From assembly GCA_900552725.1 (NCBI GenBank), contig USAT01000001.1:1-61407 (forward strand): 61,407 bases of DNA. The letters run 5' to 3'. How positions within the stretch are numbered: the stretch's first letter is position 1; each line of letters begins with the position of its first letter. This stretch comes from an uncultured Eubacteriales bacterium. GTDB taxonomy: Bacteria; Bacillota; Clostridia; Oscillospirales; Oscillospiraceae. The notes below the pieces were generated by a model. That model was not told the origin of the DNA. It was given only the letters and a program-made list of their open reading frames with translations, and searched no databases. This document shows positions 27,128 to 36,987 of the stretch, piece by piece. Position numbers and translations under genes: made by a program.

Positions 27128-29767
27128 ATGAAGGACAATCGTGTAAACACAGAGAGCAGCCGGCTCCGCTCTCTGGCATTTGCACTGGCCGCGTTTTTGC
27201 TGCTGGTATGCGTCGCCTTTTTCATCTTCACGCGGCTCTATGGCCGGTATATCGACGATATTTTGTATAAGGAGCGGCAGCAGCAGATGAAGGAGGTCAC
27301 CGTCCAGCTCTTCAAGCGGCTGGATGATGTGACCCAGCGCTGGTGGAAGGACACCGACGTTTTCTGCGGTACCATCGAGGATCACGCCTTTGCCTCTTTG
27401 GATGAGCTGTACGCCTATTTGCAGTCGCTGTCACAGCTGTACAATGTGGATGCCGAGCAGCGCCATCTGGTGGCAGTGGATGAATCCGGCAGCTATCTGA
27501 CCCACGACGGCTGGAACGGAACACTGTCAGAAATGGCCTTCCTGCTGGACAGCCCGGAACGGGTATCCTTCGTTACCTCCCGGGTAGGCAGAACCGACGT
27601 AGGGATCTTCTTTCTGCAAAAGCTGCCGGAGCCGGTCACCGTCCGGGACGGCGGCGAGACCGTCCGCCTGACCTATTTCGGCCTATCCTGCCGCCTGGCG
27701 GAGCTGAACCCCTTTTTCTCCTGCGAGGCGTATGACAATAACAACAGCGTATATGTTCTGGATCCCTACGGTGGACGCATCTTCAGCAGCGGCGACGACA
27801 CGCTGCTGGGCTATAACGCCTATGCCACGCTGAAGGAAATGACCTATCTCCACGGCACCTCCTTTGACGCCGCCAAGCGGGAGCTGGACAGCAGCGGCCT
27901 CGCCTACTCCAACGCGGTGCTGAACGGGGACGAATACTACTACGCCCTGAAAAAAATGAACAATGCCAACTGGACGCTTCTGTTTCTGGTGTCGTCAGAC
28001 TATGTGGCCCAGGACGTCGTTCTGCTGGTGGACACCACGGCACGGATGGTCTTTGCCTTTGCCATCCTGCTGGTCATTGCCTGCACCATCGCCATCACCT
28101 TCATCCTGACAGCAAGCCAGAAGCGTACCCTGGCCATCGAACGGAAAAACAACGACAAGCTGTCCGCCGTCAACCGTGAGCTGGATCAGAAAAACACGGA
28201 GCTGTCCGCCGCGGTAAGGCTGGCGGAATCCGCCACCCAGGAGGCCAAGGCCGCCAACCGTGCCAAAAGCGAGTTCCTCACCAACATGTCCCACGACATC
28301 CGCACGCCCATGAACGCCATCCTGGGCATTACCCGCCTGATGGAAAACGAGCAGCACCTGTCGGACAAAATGCGCAACTATATCCGCAAGGCCCACGCCT
28401 CCGGCCAGCATATGCTGGCCCTGATCAACGACGTGCTGGATATGAGCAAGATCGAGGCGGGAAAGATCCGCATCGTCAGCGAGCCGGTGAGCCTTGCCGA
28501 GCAGATCGGCCAGATCGACAGCATCATCCGCCCCCGTGCGGCGGAAAAGGCACAGGATTTTCTGATCCGCACCCACGATGTGACCCACGAATTCCTGATC
28601 GGCGACAGCATGCGCCTGGGGCAGATCCTGGTCAATCTGCTGTCCAACGCCGTGAAATACACGCCCTACGGCGGCGCGGTCCGCCTTGACATCGCCGAGC
28701 TTCCCTGCGTCGATGCAGAGCATGCCTCTCTCCGCATCGTCGTCACCGACAACGGCTATGGCATGACCCAGGAATTCCTGACCCATATCTTCGACCCCTT
28801 CACCCGGGCGGAAAGCTCCACCACCAACAAGGTGCAGGGCACCGGCCTGGGCATGGCCATCACGAAAAACATCGTCGACCTGATGGGCGGCGGGATCACC
28901 GTGGAGAGCGAGCCCGGCAGGGGCAGCTGCTTCCAGGTGACGCTCTCCCTCCCCATCGACCGCAATACCGCATATCATGTGGATGCCTCCGGTATTCTTC
29001 TGCTCACAGACGATCCCCAATTTACGGATAATGTAAGGGCCATGACACGGGAATCCGGGCTTCCCGTGTTTGCGGCGGACAGCGTGGACGAAGCGGTGCC
29101 GCTGCTGCGGCAGGAAAAAACGGATGTCGTCCTCCTGTCCGGCTGCTGCGGCCAGCAGCTGCCCGCCCTTGCGGACACTCTGCGCAGGGTGGCCAGGCAG
29201 GCGCCCCTTATCTTTTGCACCGATCACGCTCACGCGGAGCCGCACCACGGTTCTCTGACCGCCGCCGGAGTGGACGGTGTGCTTGCAAGGCCGCTCTTCC
29301 TGTCGCAGCTGGCCGATGCCATCCGGCAAAAGCGCAATGCCGGCGTTGTTCAAAAGCAGGAGCCGGCCTCCATCCTCAGCGGCATGCGCTTTTTGTGCGC
29401 GGAGGACAACAGCCTGAACGCAGAGATCCTGACGGCTCTGATGGAAATGTACGGCGCGACGTGTGACATCTATCCCGACGGTGCGCAGCTGGTGGAAGCC
29501 TTTGCCGGTGTCCGCGCGGGAGACTATCAGGCGATCCTGATGGATATGCAGATGCCCGTTATGAACGGACTGGACGCCGCCCGTGCCATACGCCGCAGCA
29601 AGAACCCGCTGGGACAGACGATTCCCATTATCGCCATGACCGCAAATGCCTTTGCCGAGGATGTCCAGAGCTGCCTCGACGCCGGCATGAACGCCCACAT
29701 CTCCAAGCCCATCGACATCAGTCTCCTTGAGAGCATCCTGCTGGAAATAAGCGAAAAGAGCGCATAG
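27128..29767 (+). CDS. Hybrid sensor histidine kinase (2 TM, extracellular domain, HisKA, HATPase, pseudo-REC, REC)
   Basis: MSHDIRTPMN, NLLSNAVKYT, DNGYG, GTGLG; terminal REC AEDN..LMDMQMP..MTAN..SKP. Confidence 0.92.
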   Translation: MKDNRVNTESSRLRSLAFALAAFLLLVCVAFFIFTRLYGRYIDDILYKERQQQMKEVTVQLFKRLDDVTQRWWKDTDVFCGTIEDHAFASLDELYAYLQSLSQLYNVDAEQRHLVAVDESGSYLTHDGWNGTLSEMAFLLDSPERVSFVTSRVGRTDVGIFFLQKLPEPVTVRDGGETVRLTYFGLSCRLAELNPFFSCEAYDNNNSVYVLDPYGGRIFSSGDDTLLGYNAYATLKEMTYLHGTSFDAAKRELDSSGLAYSNAVLNGDEYYYALKKMNNANWTLLFLVSSDYVAQDVVLLVDTTARMVFAFAILLVIACTIAITFILTASQKRTLAIERKNNDKLSAVNRELDQKNTELSAAVRLAESATQEAKAANRAKSEFLTNMSHDIRTPMNAILGITRLMENEQHLSDKMRNYIRKAHASGQHMLALINDVLDMSKIEAGKIRIVSEPVSLAEQIGQIDSIIRPRAAEKAQDFLIRTHDVTHEFLIGDSMRLGQILVNLLSNAVKYTPYGGAVRLDIAELPCVDAEHASLRIVVTDNGYGMTQEFLTHIFDPFTRAESSTTNKVQGTGLGMAITKNIVDLMGGGITVESEPGRGSCFQVTLSLPIDRNTAYHVDASGILLLTDDPQFTDNVRAMTRESGLPVFAADSVDEAVPLLRQEKTDVVLLSGCCGQQLPALADTLRRVARQAPLIFCTDHAHAEPHHGSLTAAGVDGVLARPLFLSQLADAIRQKRNAGVVQKQEPASILSGMRFLCAEDNSLNAEILTALMEMYGATCDIYPDGAQLVEAFAGVRAGDYQAILMDMQMPVMNGLDAARAIRRSKNPLGQTIPIIAMTANAFAEDVQSCLDAGMNAHISKPIDISLLESILLEISEKSA

Positions 29768-29807
29768 ATAAAAGGACGCCGTCCCCCAGGGGACGGCGTC
29801 CTTTTAT
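29768..29807. terminator. Bidirectional terminator
   Basis: ATAAAAGGACGCCGTCCCC..GGGGACGGCGTCCTTTTAT. Confidence 0.8.
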
Positions 29808-30030
29808 CTATGCGTATTTTGCCTGTTGACCCTCCGGCTGTCTGAGTGCGGCGAAATGCTCCCGCGTCAGCTCCATGAACAGCTCCATGGCCGGTGTAAC
29901 CCACTTGTTCTTGTGATGGGAGCATACGGCGGTGATGCTTTCCCAGGAAAAGTCGCTCTCCACTGCCTGCAGCGTGCCGTCCGCCAGCTGCCGCTCCACG
30001 GCGAACCGGGGCAGCAGCGCGATGCCCAGA
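29808..30030 (-). pseudogene. C-terminal remnant of a LysR regulator
   Basis: LGIALLPRFAVERQLADGTL...HKNKWVTPAMELF; no HTH or start codon. Confidence 0.75.
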
Positions 30031-30500
30031 TCACCTCCTATGGCTTCACGGAGCAGAGCGTCACCTACGCCTTCTCCATTTACGGCATCGCCACCATGGC
30101 CGGCAGCGTGGTCTCCGGCTATCTGGGCAGCCGCTTCTCCATGAAAGCGGTGCTGGGCTGTTTCTACGCCTCCCGCACCATCTGGACAGTGGGCTTCTTG
30201 ATGCTGCCCAAATCACCGGCAGCCATGTACGCCTTCGCCATTCTGCTGGGCTTTACCGGTGCGGCCACCGTGCCGCCCACCTCCGGCCTGATCGGGCGGC
30301 GGTTCGGCCCGGCAGCGCTGGGGACGCTGTTCGGCGTGGCGTTCCTGTGCCACCAGGTGGGCAGCTTTGTCAGCGCGTGGATCGGCGGCCTGACCGTGAC
30401 CGCCACCGGCGGCTATACGCTGCTCTGGTGCATCGACGCCGCGCTGTGCATCCTGGCGGCGGCCTGCGTCTTTCGCGTCAGGCTCCCCGCCGCCGAATGA
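30027..30500 (+). pseudogene. C-terminal remnant of an MFS transporter
   Basis: GSVVSGYLGSRF, GFTGAATVPPTSG, LFG..F..HQVGSF; N-terminal half absent. Confidence 0.75.
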
Positions 30501-30563
30501 CCGGGAGATGCCCATAGGCCGAGGATGTTCATCAGTGCCTTTTTCGCGCCGTGCCCTGTTTTC

Positions 30564-31163
30564 TCACTTTCTAAGAACCGCCACCGCGCAGGGGATCCGC
30601 CCCTGACACAGCGTGTAGCCGGCATCCGTATACCCGGCATCCGCAAAGAACTGCCGGTAGCTTTCCAGCGTGAACTCCCGCTTGAAATCCGCCCCGGCCC
30701 TGCCGATCACGCCGGATACCCGGTTGGTACCGCCCCTGTCCGTCCGGTTCATATAGGTGGGAATGATGATCCTGCCGCCCCTCCGGCACACCCGTTCAAA
30801 CTCCGCCAGCGCTCTGTACGGCTCGTCCAGCAGGTGGATCACATTGGCGGCCACCACCGCGTCATAGTACGCATCCGGCTCGTCCAGCCGCAGGATGTTT
30901 CCCTGCCGGAACTGTACATTGCCGTATTTTCCGCACTTCTTTTCCGCCTGCCGCAGCATTTTCACAGAAAAATCCGTCGCAGTCAGGCTCCTGCACCGCG
31001 GGGCGATCACGCCGGTAAGCAGTCCCGTGCCGCAGGCACATTCCAGCACCCGATCCGTGGGCCGGATCAGCCGCGCCACCTCATCGCACAGCGCCCTGTT
31101 GGCCCGCCGGTTGATGACATTGGCAAAGATGTCGTACACCCCCGCCACACGATCCCAAAACAC
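30564..31163 (-). CDS. Class I SAM-dependent methyltransferase
   Basis: VLECACGTG, TDFS..ML, YDAVVAANVIH; GTG start with GGAGG. Confidence 0.88.
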   Translation of the reverse strand: MFWDRVAGVYDIFANVINRRANRALCDEVARLIRPTDRVLECACGTGLLTGVIAPRCRSLTATDFSVKMLRQAEKKCGKYGNVQFRQGNILRLDEPDAYYDAVVAANVIHLLDEPYRALAEFERVCRRGGRIIIPTYMNRTDRGGTNRVSGVIGRAGADFKREFTLESYRQFFADAGYTDAGYTLCQGRIPCAVAVLRK

Positions 31164-31185
31164 AAACGCTTCCTCCCTATGTTTC

Positions 31186-31788
31186 CTATTTGTGGATAAG
31201 CTTCAGGCAGAAATCGCAGCAGTCGCCGCCCCGGCCCAGCGTCTTTGTCCGGTGCCAGCAGAGCCTGGGATGCATGCCGTCATAGGTGATGTCGTCGCTG
31301 TCGCAGAAGCAATGGCACAGCTCCGGGCAGCCGTAGTGCACACAGTTGTCATGATAGGGGCACCTGGTCATGTCGATGCGCCACACGCCGCCGGTGGTCT
31401 GAATATCCGTGGCGGCAAAGCCCGCCGCCGGGCCGAAGAACTTCGGCGTCTCGCGGGAGAAGATGGCCGGTACGATGCGGTACAGGCCCGGGATCTTCAT
31501 CAGCTTGAGAAACGCCCTCTTCTGCCGCCATGCCTTCTGCTCCACATAGCTGTGGATCGTCTGCAGGGCCTCCTCCTTTGGCATCACCCTTTGCAGCGTC
31601 TCATAGGCCGCGATGCCCGGCAGGATCTGGTTTTCCAGATGGCGCTGCTTCTCCTTGCTTGCGTCGTCATTCTCCGCCCGCAGCGCCTGCAGCCGCGCGT
31701 CAAAGGCGGCGTTCAGCGCCCCGGCCTGCGCCGGAAAGCGCTGTGCCGCCGTCTGTTGAAAATTTACCGTGATATAACTGGGTTTCAT
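31186..31788 (-). CDS. L-2-amino-thiazoline-4-carboxylate hydrolase-like protein
   Basis: RCPY...GCPELC..FC.SD...RTKTLG.GG.CCDF Cys pattern. Confidence 0.75.
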   Translation of the reverse strand: MKPSYITVNFQQTAAQRFPAQAGALNAAFDARLQALRAENDDASKEKQRHLENQILPGIAAYETLQRVMPKEEALQTIHSYVEQKAWRQKRAFLKLMKIPGLYRIVPAIFSRETPKFFGPAAGFAATDIQTTGGVWRIDMTRCPYHDNCVHYGCPELCHCFCDSDDITYDGMHPRLCWHRTKTLGRGGDCCDFCLKLIHK

Positions 31789-31844
31789 AAAAGTTCCCCC
31801 TTATTCCATTATTCTATATGTACGGCGCGCCCGCGCCTCATACT

Positions 31845-32642
31845 TCATGCCTTTCGCTCCAGTACCACGATCCGGTTGGAGATATTCCGCACCGCCGGCA
31901 GCTTGTCCAGCAGCTTATAGACCGGCACGAACGCCGCCACGCCCTCGGTCAGGCCGTGCTCCGCCACGAAGCGGAAGTCCGGCAGCAGCGCTGCCAGCGC
32001 CCGGCCGTCCCTGACGCCCCAGGTGAATTTCGCGTTGCTGCCCTCGATGGGCTTCTCCTTGAACCGCTTCACCACCATGGGGTTCATGGTCTCCACCAGC
32101 ACGGCGGCCTGGGGGAAGCGTCCGGCGATGACGGCAAAGATCCGCTGCACGTCCGCCTCCGTCAGGTACATGGTCAGCCCCTCGATGATGATCAGCACCG
32201 GTGCGTCGGTCTCTTCGATCCGGCTGCCCCAGTCGTCCATGGCGGACATGGCGATCTGGGTGACGGCGCCGCTCTCCGGCAGCAGCTTCTCCCGCATGGC
32301 CATGGTCTCCGGCAGATCCAGGTTATACCAATGGCGGTACCCCGTCATCCGATAGCACCGGGTATCCAGCCCGCAGGCGATGTTCACCACCACGGCGCCG
32401 GGATGGCCCGCCAGATACGCCGTTGTCAGCCTGTCCAGCACGATGGTGCGGGCGATGACGCCGCTGCGCATGGCGGTATCCTTCTCTGCCAGGGAGAAGT
32501 CGTAGTCCAGCTTCTCCACAAGCTCCTCCGCCTTCGCGTCCCGGATCACGCCCCGGCCCCGGCTCTCTCTGGCCCGGGCATAGACGGTCTGCAGCATGGT
32601 CTCCGGCACGCCGGAGAGGGTGATCTTTTCATTCATTCTCAT
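31845..32642 (-). CDS. Leucine-carboxyl-methyltransferase/TcmP-like SAM O-methyltransferase
   Basis: ETMLQTVYARA, VVNIACGLDTR, LDLPE, IEGLTMYL. Confidence 0.85.
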   Translation of the reverse strand: MRMNEKITLSGVPETMLQTVYARARESRGRGVIRDAKAEELVEKLDYDFSLAEKDTAMRSGVIARTIVLDRLTTAYLAGHPGAVVVNIACGLDTRCYRMTGYRHWYNLDLPETMAMREKLLPESGAVTQIAMSAMDDWGSRIEETDAPVLIIIEGLTMYLTEADVQRIFAVIAGRFPQAAVLVETMNPMVVKRFKEKPIEGSNAKFTWGVRDGRALAALLPDFRFVAEHGLTEGVAAFVPVYKLLDKLPAVRNISNRIVVLERKA

Positions 32643-32742
32643 TCGCCTCCGTTTTGATGGGCTGCCGCCCCGCCCAAACGGCGTTGGCGGCCATCCAGAT
32701 CAACAGCGCCCCGGCGCAGGCCGTCATTCTCGTTTCATTCAT
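32629..32742 (-). CDS. Small 37-aa ORF, possibly a gene remnant
   Basis: RBS AGGAG; MNETRMTACAGALLIWMAANAVWAGRQPIKTEANENE; stop overlaps the methyltransferase start. Confidence 0.4.
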   Translation of the reverse strand: MNETRMTACAGALLIWMAANAVWAGRQPIKTEANENE

Positions 32743-32773
32743 TCTTCGCCGCTCCTGTTGTTGGTCTCCGCCG

Positions 32774-32789
32774 GTTAGTTCGAACTAAC
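32774..32789. promoter_or_regulatory. Perfect 16-bp palindrome, putative operator
   Basis: GTTAGTTCGAACTAAC upstream of the methyltransferase operon. Confidence 0.5.
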
Positions 32790-32993
32790 TGCAAAGCTTT
32801 TGAAAAGCCGCCCTCGGGCAGCTTATGCATACATATGCATATTTTAGCACCGATAAAGGCGCTTTTCAAGACGCTTCTGCACGTTTTTTCCCGCGGCTCA
32901 CCGCCATGAAGCAGTGCCGCGTTGGCCCTGCGGATATCCGCCGGGCCAACGCGGCATATTTTTCATTTCGCCTGCGAAAACCGCAAAATGCGG

Positions 32994-33665
32994 TCACGCT
33001 TCCGTCCAGTCCTTCACCTGTTGACGGAGCCAATCGCACCAGGCATCCACACCCTCGCCGGTCTTGGCGGAGATGGGGAAGATCTTCAGCCTGGGATTGC
33101 GCATGTGGGCGTACTCCACCACCTTGTCCATATCGAAGTCAAAGTAGGGCAGCACGTCGATCTTGTTGATGATCAGCGCGTCGCAGACTGTGAAGATCAG
33201 CGGATACTTGAGGGGCTTGTCGTGGCCCTCCGGCACCGACAGGATCATGGCGTTCTTCACCGCGCCGGTGTCGAACTCCGCCGGGCACACCAGATTGCCC
33301 ACATTCTCCAGCACCACCAGATCCAGGTCGCCGGTGCCGATCTCACGGAGGCCTTGCTCCGTCATGCCCGCGTCCAGATGGCACATGCCGCCGGTGTGGA
33401 GCTGGATGGACTTCACGCCTGCTCCGGCGATCTTCTCCGCGTCCACGTCCGAGTCGATGTCCGCCTCCATGACGCCCATGCGCAGCTCGTCCTTCAGCGT
33501 CTCGATGGTGCGCAGCAGCGTGGTGGTCTTGCCGCTGCCGGGCGAGGACATCAGGTTCAGCAGAAAGGTCTTATCCCGCTTCAGATCCTCCCGCAGGCGT
33601 GCCGCCTCGCGGTCGTTATTGGCGAACACGCTCTCCTTCACTTCGATGATCTTGTATCGTTCCAT
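32994..33665 (-). CDS. hypB: Hydrogenase nickel incorporation GTPase HypB
   Basis: SSPGSGKTT, GGMCHLDA, ENVGNLVCPAEFD, DKPLKYP, NKID. Confidence 0.93.
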   Translation of the reverse strand: MERYKIIEVKESVFANNDREAARLREDLKRDKTFLLNLMSSPGSGKTTTLLRTIETLKDELRMGVMEADIDSDVDAEKIAGAGVKSIQLHTGGMCHLDAGMTEQGLREIGTGDLDLVVLENVGNLVCPAEFDTGAVKNAMILSVPEGHDKPLKYPLIFTVCDALIINKIDVLPYFDFDMDKVVEYAHMRNPRLKIFPISAKTGEGVDAWCDWLRQQVKDWTEA

Positions 33666-34009
33666 TATATCGCCTCGATCTCCTTGATGTTGATCTCATC
33701 GCCCCGGAGCAGCCAGGTGTCGCCGCTGCCGCAATGGGGGCAGGTACGGCCCTGGGGCACGGTGGCGTAGTCCTGTCCGCAGCTGCCGCAGTGGGTCACC
33801 GCCGGGATGGTCTCGATGCGCAGCTTCGCGTCGGGCATCAGCTCCGTCCGCTTTACCGCCCAGTCCCAGCAGCTCTCCAGCTCGTGGGGGATGGCGCCGG
33901 ACACTTCGCCCAGCTCCAGCGTGACGGAGGCCACGTTCTGCAGCCCCTGCTCCTGCCCCACCTGCTCGATGGTCTTGATGACGTGAAATACGATCCCCAG
34001 CTCGTGCAT
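33665..34009 (-). CDS. hypA: Nickel metallochaperone HypA
   Basis: MHE N-terminus, LGEVSG, CGSC...CPHCGS. Confidence 0.93.
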   Translation of the reverse strand: MHELGIVFHVIKTIEQVGQEQGLQNVASVTLELGEVSGAIPHELESCWDWAVKRTELMPDAKLRIETIPAVTHCGSCGQDYATVPQGRTCPHCGSGDTWLLRGDEINIKEIEAI

Positions 34010-34010
34010 A

Positions 34011-36806
34011 TCACTTGCTCTTTCTGGCGGCGCGCTTGATCTTGAAGTTGCGCTTGATCATATAGGGCAGGATGGCCTTCATCTTGTCCTCGCACTTATA
34101 CATGGTGCTGCATTCGGGGCGCTCGCGGTGCAGGTGGATGGCGTCAAAGGCGCACTTGGTGGTGCAGATGCCGCAGCCGATGCACTTGTTGGGGTCTACG
34201 ATGCTGGCTCCGCAGCCCAAGCAGCGGGCCGTCTCCTTCTTCACCTGCTCCTCGGTAAAGGCTATGCGCTCATCACGGAAGGTCTTGCGCAGGGCTTCGT
34301 TATAACCGATCTGCTGGCGGGGCGTATTATCGTAGCTGTCGATGGCGATGAGGGCGTTTTCCTTGTCCAGCTCAATGAACTGGCGGCGGTCACGGCCAAT
34401 GGTCAGCGTGGCGTGCTGCACCCAGCGGTGCAGGGACACCGCGCCCTGCTTACCGGCGGCGATGGCGTCGATGGCAAACTTCTGGCCGGTATAGGCATCA
34501 CCGCCCACGAAGATATCCGGCTCGGCAGTCTGATAGGTGACGGGGTCGGCCTTCACGGTACCGTTGGGGTTAAATTCCACCTTCGTACCCGTCAGCAGCG
34601 CCTTCCACTCCACCTTCTGGCCGATGCAGTACAGCACCATGTCACAGGCGGTCTCCTCGGTAACGGCGTCGTCGAACTTGGGGTCAAAGCGACCCTCGGC
34701 GTTCTTCACGGACAGGCACTTGCGGAAGCGGATACCGGCGCACTTGCCGTCCTGCTCCACGATCTCCGTCTGGCCCCATCCCGCGTGGATGGTGATGCCC
34801 TCGCGCTCGCATTCGCCGCGATCCTCCTCGCCCATGGGCATGTCCTCATAGCCCTCCAGGCAGTACAGATCCACGCTGTCCGCGCCGCAGCGCAGGGCGG
34901 TGCGGGCCACGTCGGCGCCGATGTTGCCGCCGCCGATGACCACGACTCTGCCGCTCATCTTGCTGCAAGGGCCGCTGTTCACATGGCGCATGAAGTCGAT
35001 ACCGGCCTGGACGCCCTGTGCCTCGCCGCCGGGGATGTTCAGCCTGCCGCCGGACTGGAGGCCCACGGCCACATAGAAGCCCTGATAGCCCTCCTCACGG
35101 AGCTGGGCGATGGTCACATCCTTGCCCACCTCCACGCCGCAGCGGAACTCCACGCCCATCTCCCGGAGGATGTCGATCTCCGCCTCCACCACGTCCTTCT
35201 CCAGGCGGAAGCTGGGGATGCCGTTCATCAGCATGCCGCCGGGGCGTTCCTCCTTTTCAAACACGGTGGGCCGATAGCCCTTCTCCGCCAGATAGAAGGC
35301 GCAGCTCATACCGGCAGGGCCCGCGCCGATGACGGCGATCTTCTCGCCGAACTCGCCGTCCACCTTGGGAATGACCTTCTCCGGCACGAAGCGGGTGGCG
35401 GCGTCCAGATCCTGCTGGGCGATGAATCGCTTCACCTCGTCGATGGCCACCGCCTGATCCACGGTACCGCGGGTGCAGGCGTCCTCGCACCGGCGGTTGC
35501 AGATGCGGCCGCACACGGCGGGGAACGGGTTCTCCCGCTTGATAAGCTGCAAGGCCTCTCGATATTTACCCTGTGCTGCCAGCTTCAGATAGCCCTGTAC
35601 GGCGATGTGGGCGGGACAGGCGGTCTTGCAGGGGGCGGTGCCGGTGTCGTGGCAGTTGATCCGGTTCTTGTCCCGGTAGTCGATGGCCCACTTCTCCGGG
35701 CCCCACTTCACCTCGTCCGGCAGCTCCTGCCGGGGGTATTCGATAAAGCCGTCCTTGGTACACAGCTTCTGGCCCAGCTTCACCGCGCCGGCGGGACAGT
35801 TCTCCACGCAGCGGCCGCAGGCCACGCACTTCTCCGTCTCCACCGCCGCCACATAGGCGCTGCGGGACATGTTGGGGGTGTTGAACAGCTGGCTGGTGCG
35901 CAGGGCGTTGCACACGTTGACGTTGCAGTTGCAGATGCCGAAGATCTTCTCCTCGCCGTCGATGTTGGTGATCTGGTGGACGAAGCCGTTGTCCTCGGCC
36001 TTCTTGAAGATCTCCATCACCTCGTCATAGGTGATATACTGGCCCCGCTGGGTCTCTACGATATAGTCGGCCATGTCGCCCACGCCGATGCACCAGTTCT
36101 CCACATCGTCGCCGCAGCCCTCGCCCAGCTTGGCGCGGCTGGCGCGGCAGGAGCACATGCTCTTGGCGTACTTGCCCTCGTACTTATGCAGCCAATAGGA
36201 GATCTTCTCCAGACTGATGGCCTCGTTCTCCGTCTCGATGGCTTTCTCCACCGGGATAACGTGCATGCCGATGCCGGCACCTCCGGGAGGCACCATGGGG
36301 GTGATCTTCTCCAGGGGCAGCATGGTCATCCGCTCGAAGAAGGCCGCCACCTCGGGATGCTCGTCGATCTGGCTTCTGCGCATGTTCAGGAACTCGGCGC
36401 TGCCGGGGACGAACAGGGGCAGCACCCAGCGCTTTTCGTGGCCGGGGTTCTTGCCGTCCAGATTCTCCCAGTTATATTCCAGCAGGCCCAGCCATGACAT
36501 CTCGTCCAGCAGCTTTTCCAGGGGTTCCCGCTCCATTTTGGTCAGCTTCATCATCTGGGCGATGGTCTTGGGCTTGCGGACGCCCATCTTCAGCGCCACA
36601 TCCACCATCTCATCGGTCAGCATGCCGTCCAGCCCCCAGTACTCCGGGTCGTCCACGGTGGTTTTCAGGCCGATGCGGTTGGTGGTCATGGTGCCCAGCT
36701 TCAGAAGATTTTCCCGGGGCGCGCGGTCGGGACAGGGGATCTCGAAGGGTAGCTTGCTCTCATCCAGAGGGAAATTGGTGGGCTTACTGCCGTTGATATC
36801 GCGCAT
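34011..36806 (-). CDS. Multi-Fe-S FAD/NAD(P)H oxidoreductase (GltD-like core with ferredoxin domains)
   Basis: CVACGRCVENCP, PCKTACP, CGRICNRRCEDAC, GAGPAG, GGGNIG, CIGCGICTTKC. Confidence 0.85.
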   Translation of the reverse strand: MRDINGSKPTNFPLDESKLPFEIPCPDRAPRENLLKLGTMTTNRIGLKTTVDDPEYWGLDGMLTDEMVDVALKMGVRKPKTIAQMMKLTKMEREPLEKLLDEMSWLGLLEYNWENLDGKNPGHEKRWVLPLFVPGSAEFLNMRRSQIDEHPEVAAFFERMTMLPLEKITPMVPPGGAGIGMHVIPVEKAIETENEAISLEKISYWLHKYEGKYAKSMCSCRASRAKLGEGCGDDVENWCIGVGDMADYIVETQRGQYITYDEVMEIFKKAEDNGFVHQITNIDGEEKIFGICNCNVNVCNALRTSQLFNTPNMSRSAYVAAVETEKCVACGRCVENCPAGAVKLGQKLCTKDGFIEYPRQELPDEVKWGPEKWAIDYRDKNRINCHDTGTAPCKTACPAHIAVQGYLKLAAQGKYREALQLIKRENPFPAVCGRICNRRCEDACTRGTVDQAVAIDEVKRFIAQQDLDAATRFVPEKVIPKVDGEFGEKIAVIGAGPAGMSCAFYLAEKGYRPTVFEKEERPGGMLMNGIPSFRLEKDVVEAEIDILREMGVEFRCGVEVGKDVTIAQLREEGYQGFYVAVGLQSGGRLNIPGGEAQGVQAGIDFMRHVNSGPCSKMSGRVVVIGGGNIGADVARTALRCGADSVDLYCLEGYEDMPMGEEDRGECEREGITIHAGWGQTEIVEQDGKCAGIRFRKCLSVKNAEGRFDPKFDDAVTEETACDMVLYCIGQKVEWKALLTGTKVEFNPNGTVKADPVTYQTAEPDIFVGGDAYTGQKFAIDAIAAGKQGAVSLHRWVQHATLTIGRDRRQFIELDKENALIAIDSYDNTPRQQIGYNEALRKTFRDERIAFTEEQVKKETARCLGCGASIVDPNKCIGCGICTTKCAFDAIHLHRERPECSTMYKCEDKMKAILPYMIKRNFKIKRAARKSK

Positions 36807-36963
36807 GATCTCTCCTCCATTGTCTTTTTGTCCCCGTTATGTGGCCTTTTCCGGTACATAACGGGCCTTAATTCGTCCATTTATCCACCAAAATAGTACC
36901 AATTTTTCCTCATAAAATCCATTGACTATTCCCACAAAGATATGCTATCCTATTATATGGTCC

Positions 36964-36974
36964 TGGTCGGACCA
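36964..36974. promoter_or_regulatory. FadR-type operator
   Basis: TGGTCGGACCA immediately before the RBS of the GntR/FadR gene. Confidence 0.55.
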
Positions 36975-36987
36975 AAGGAGTGATGGT

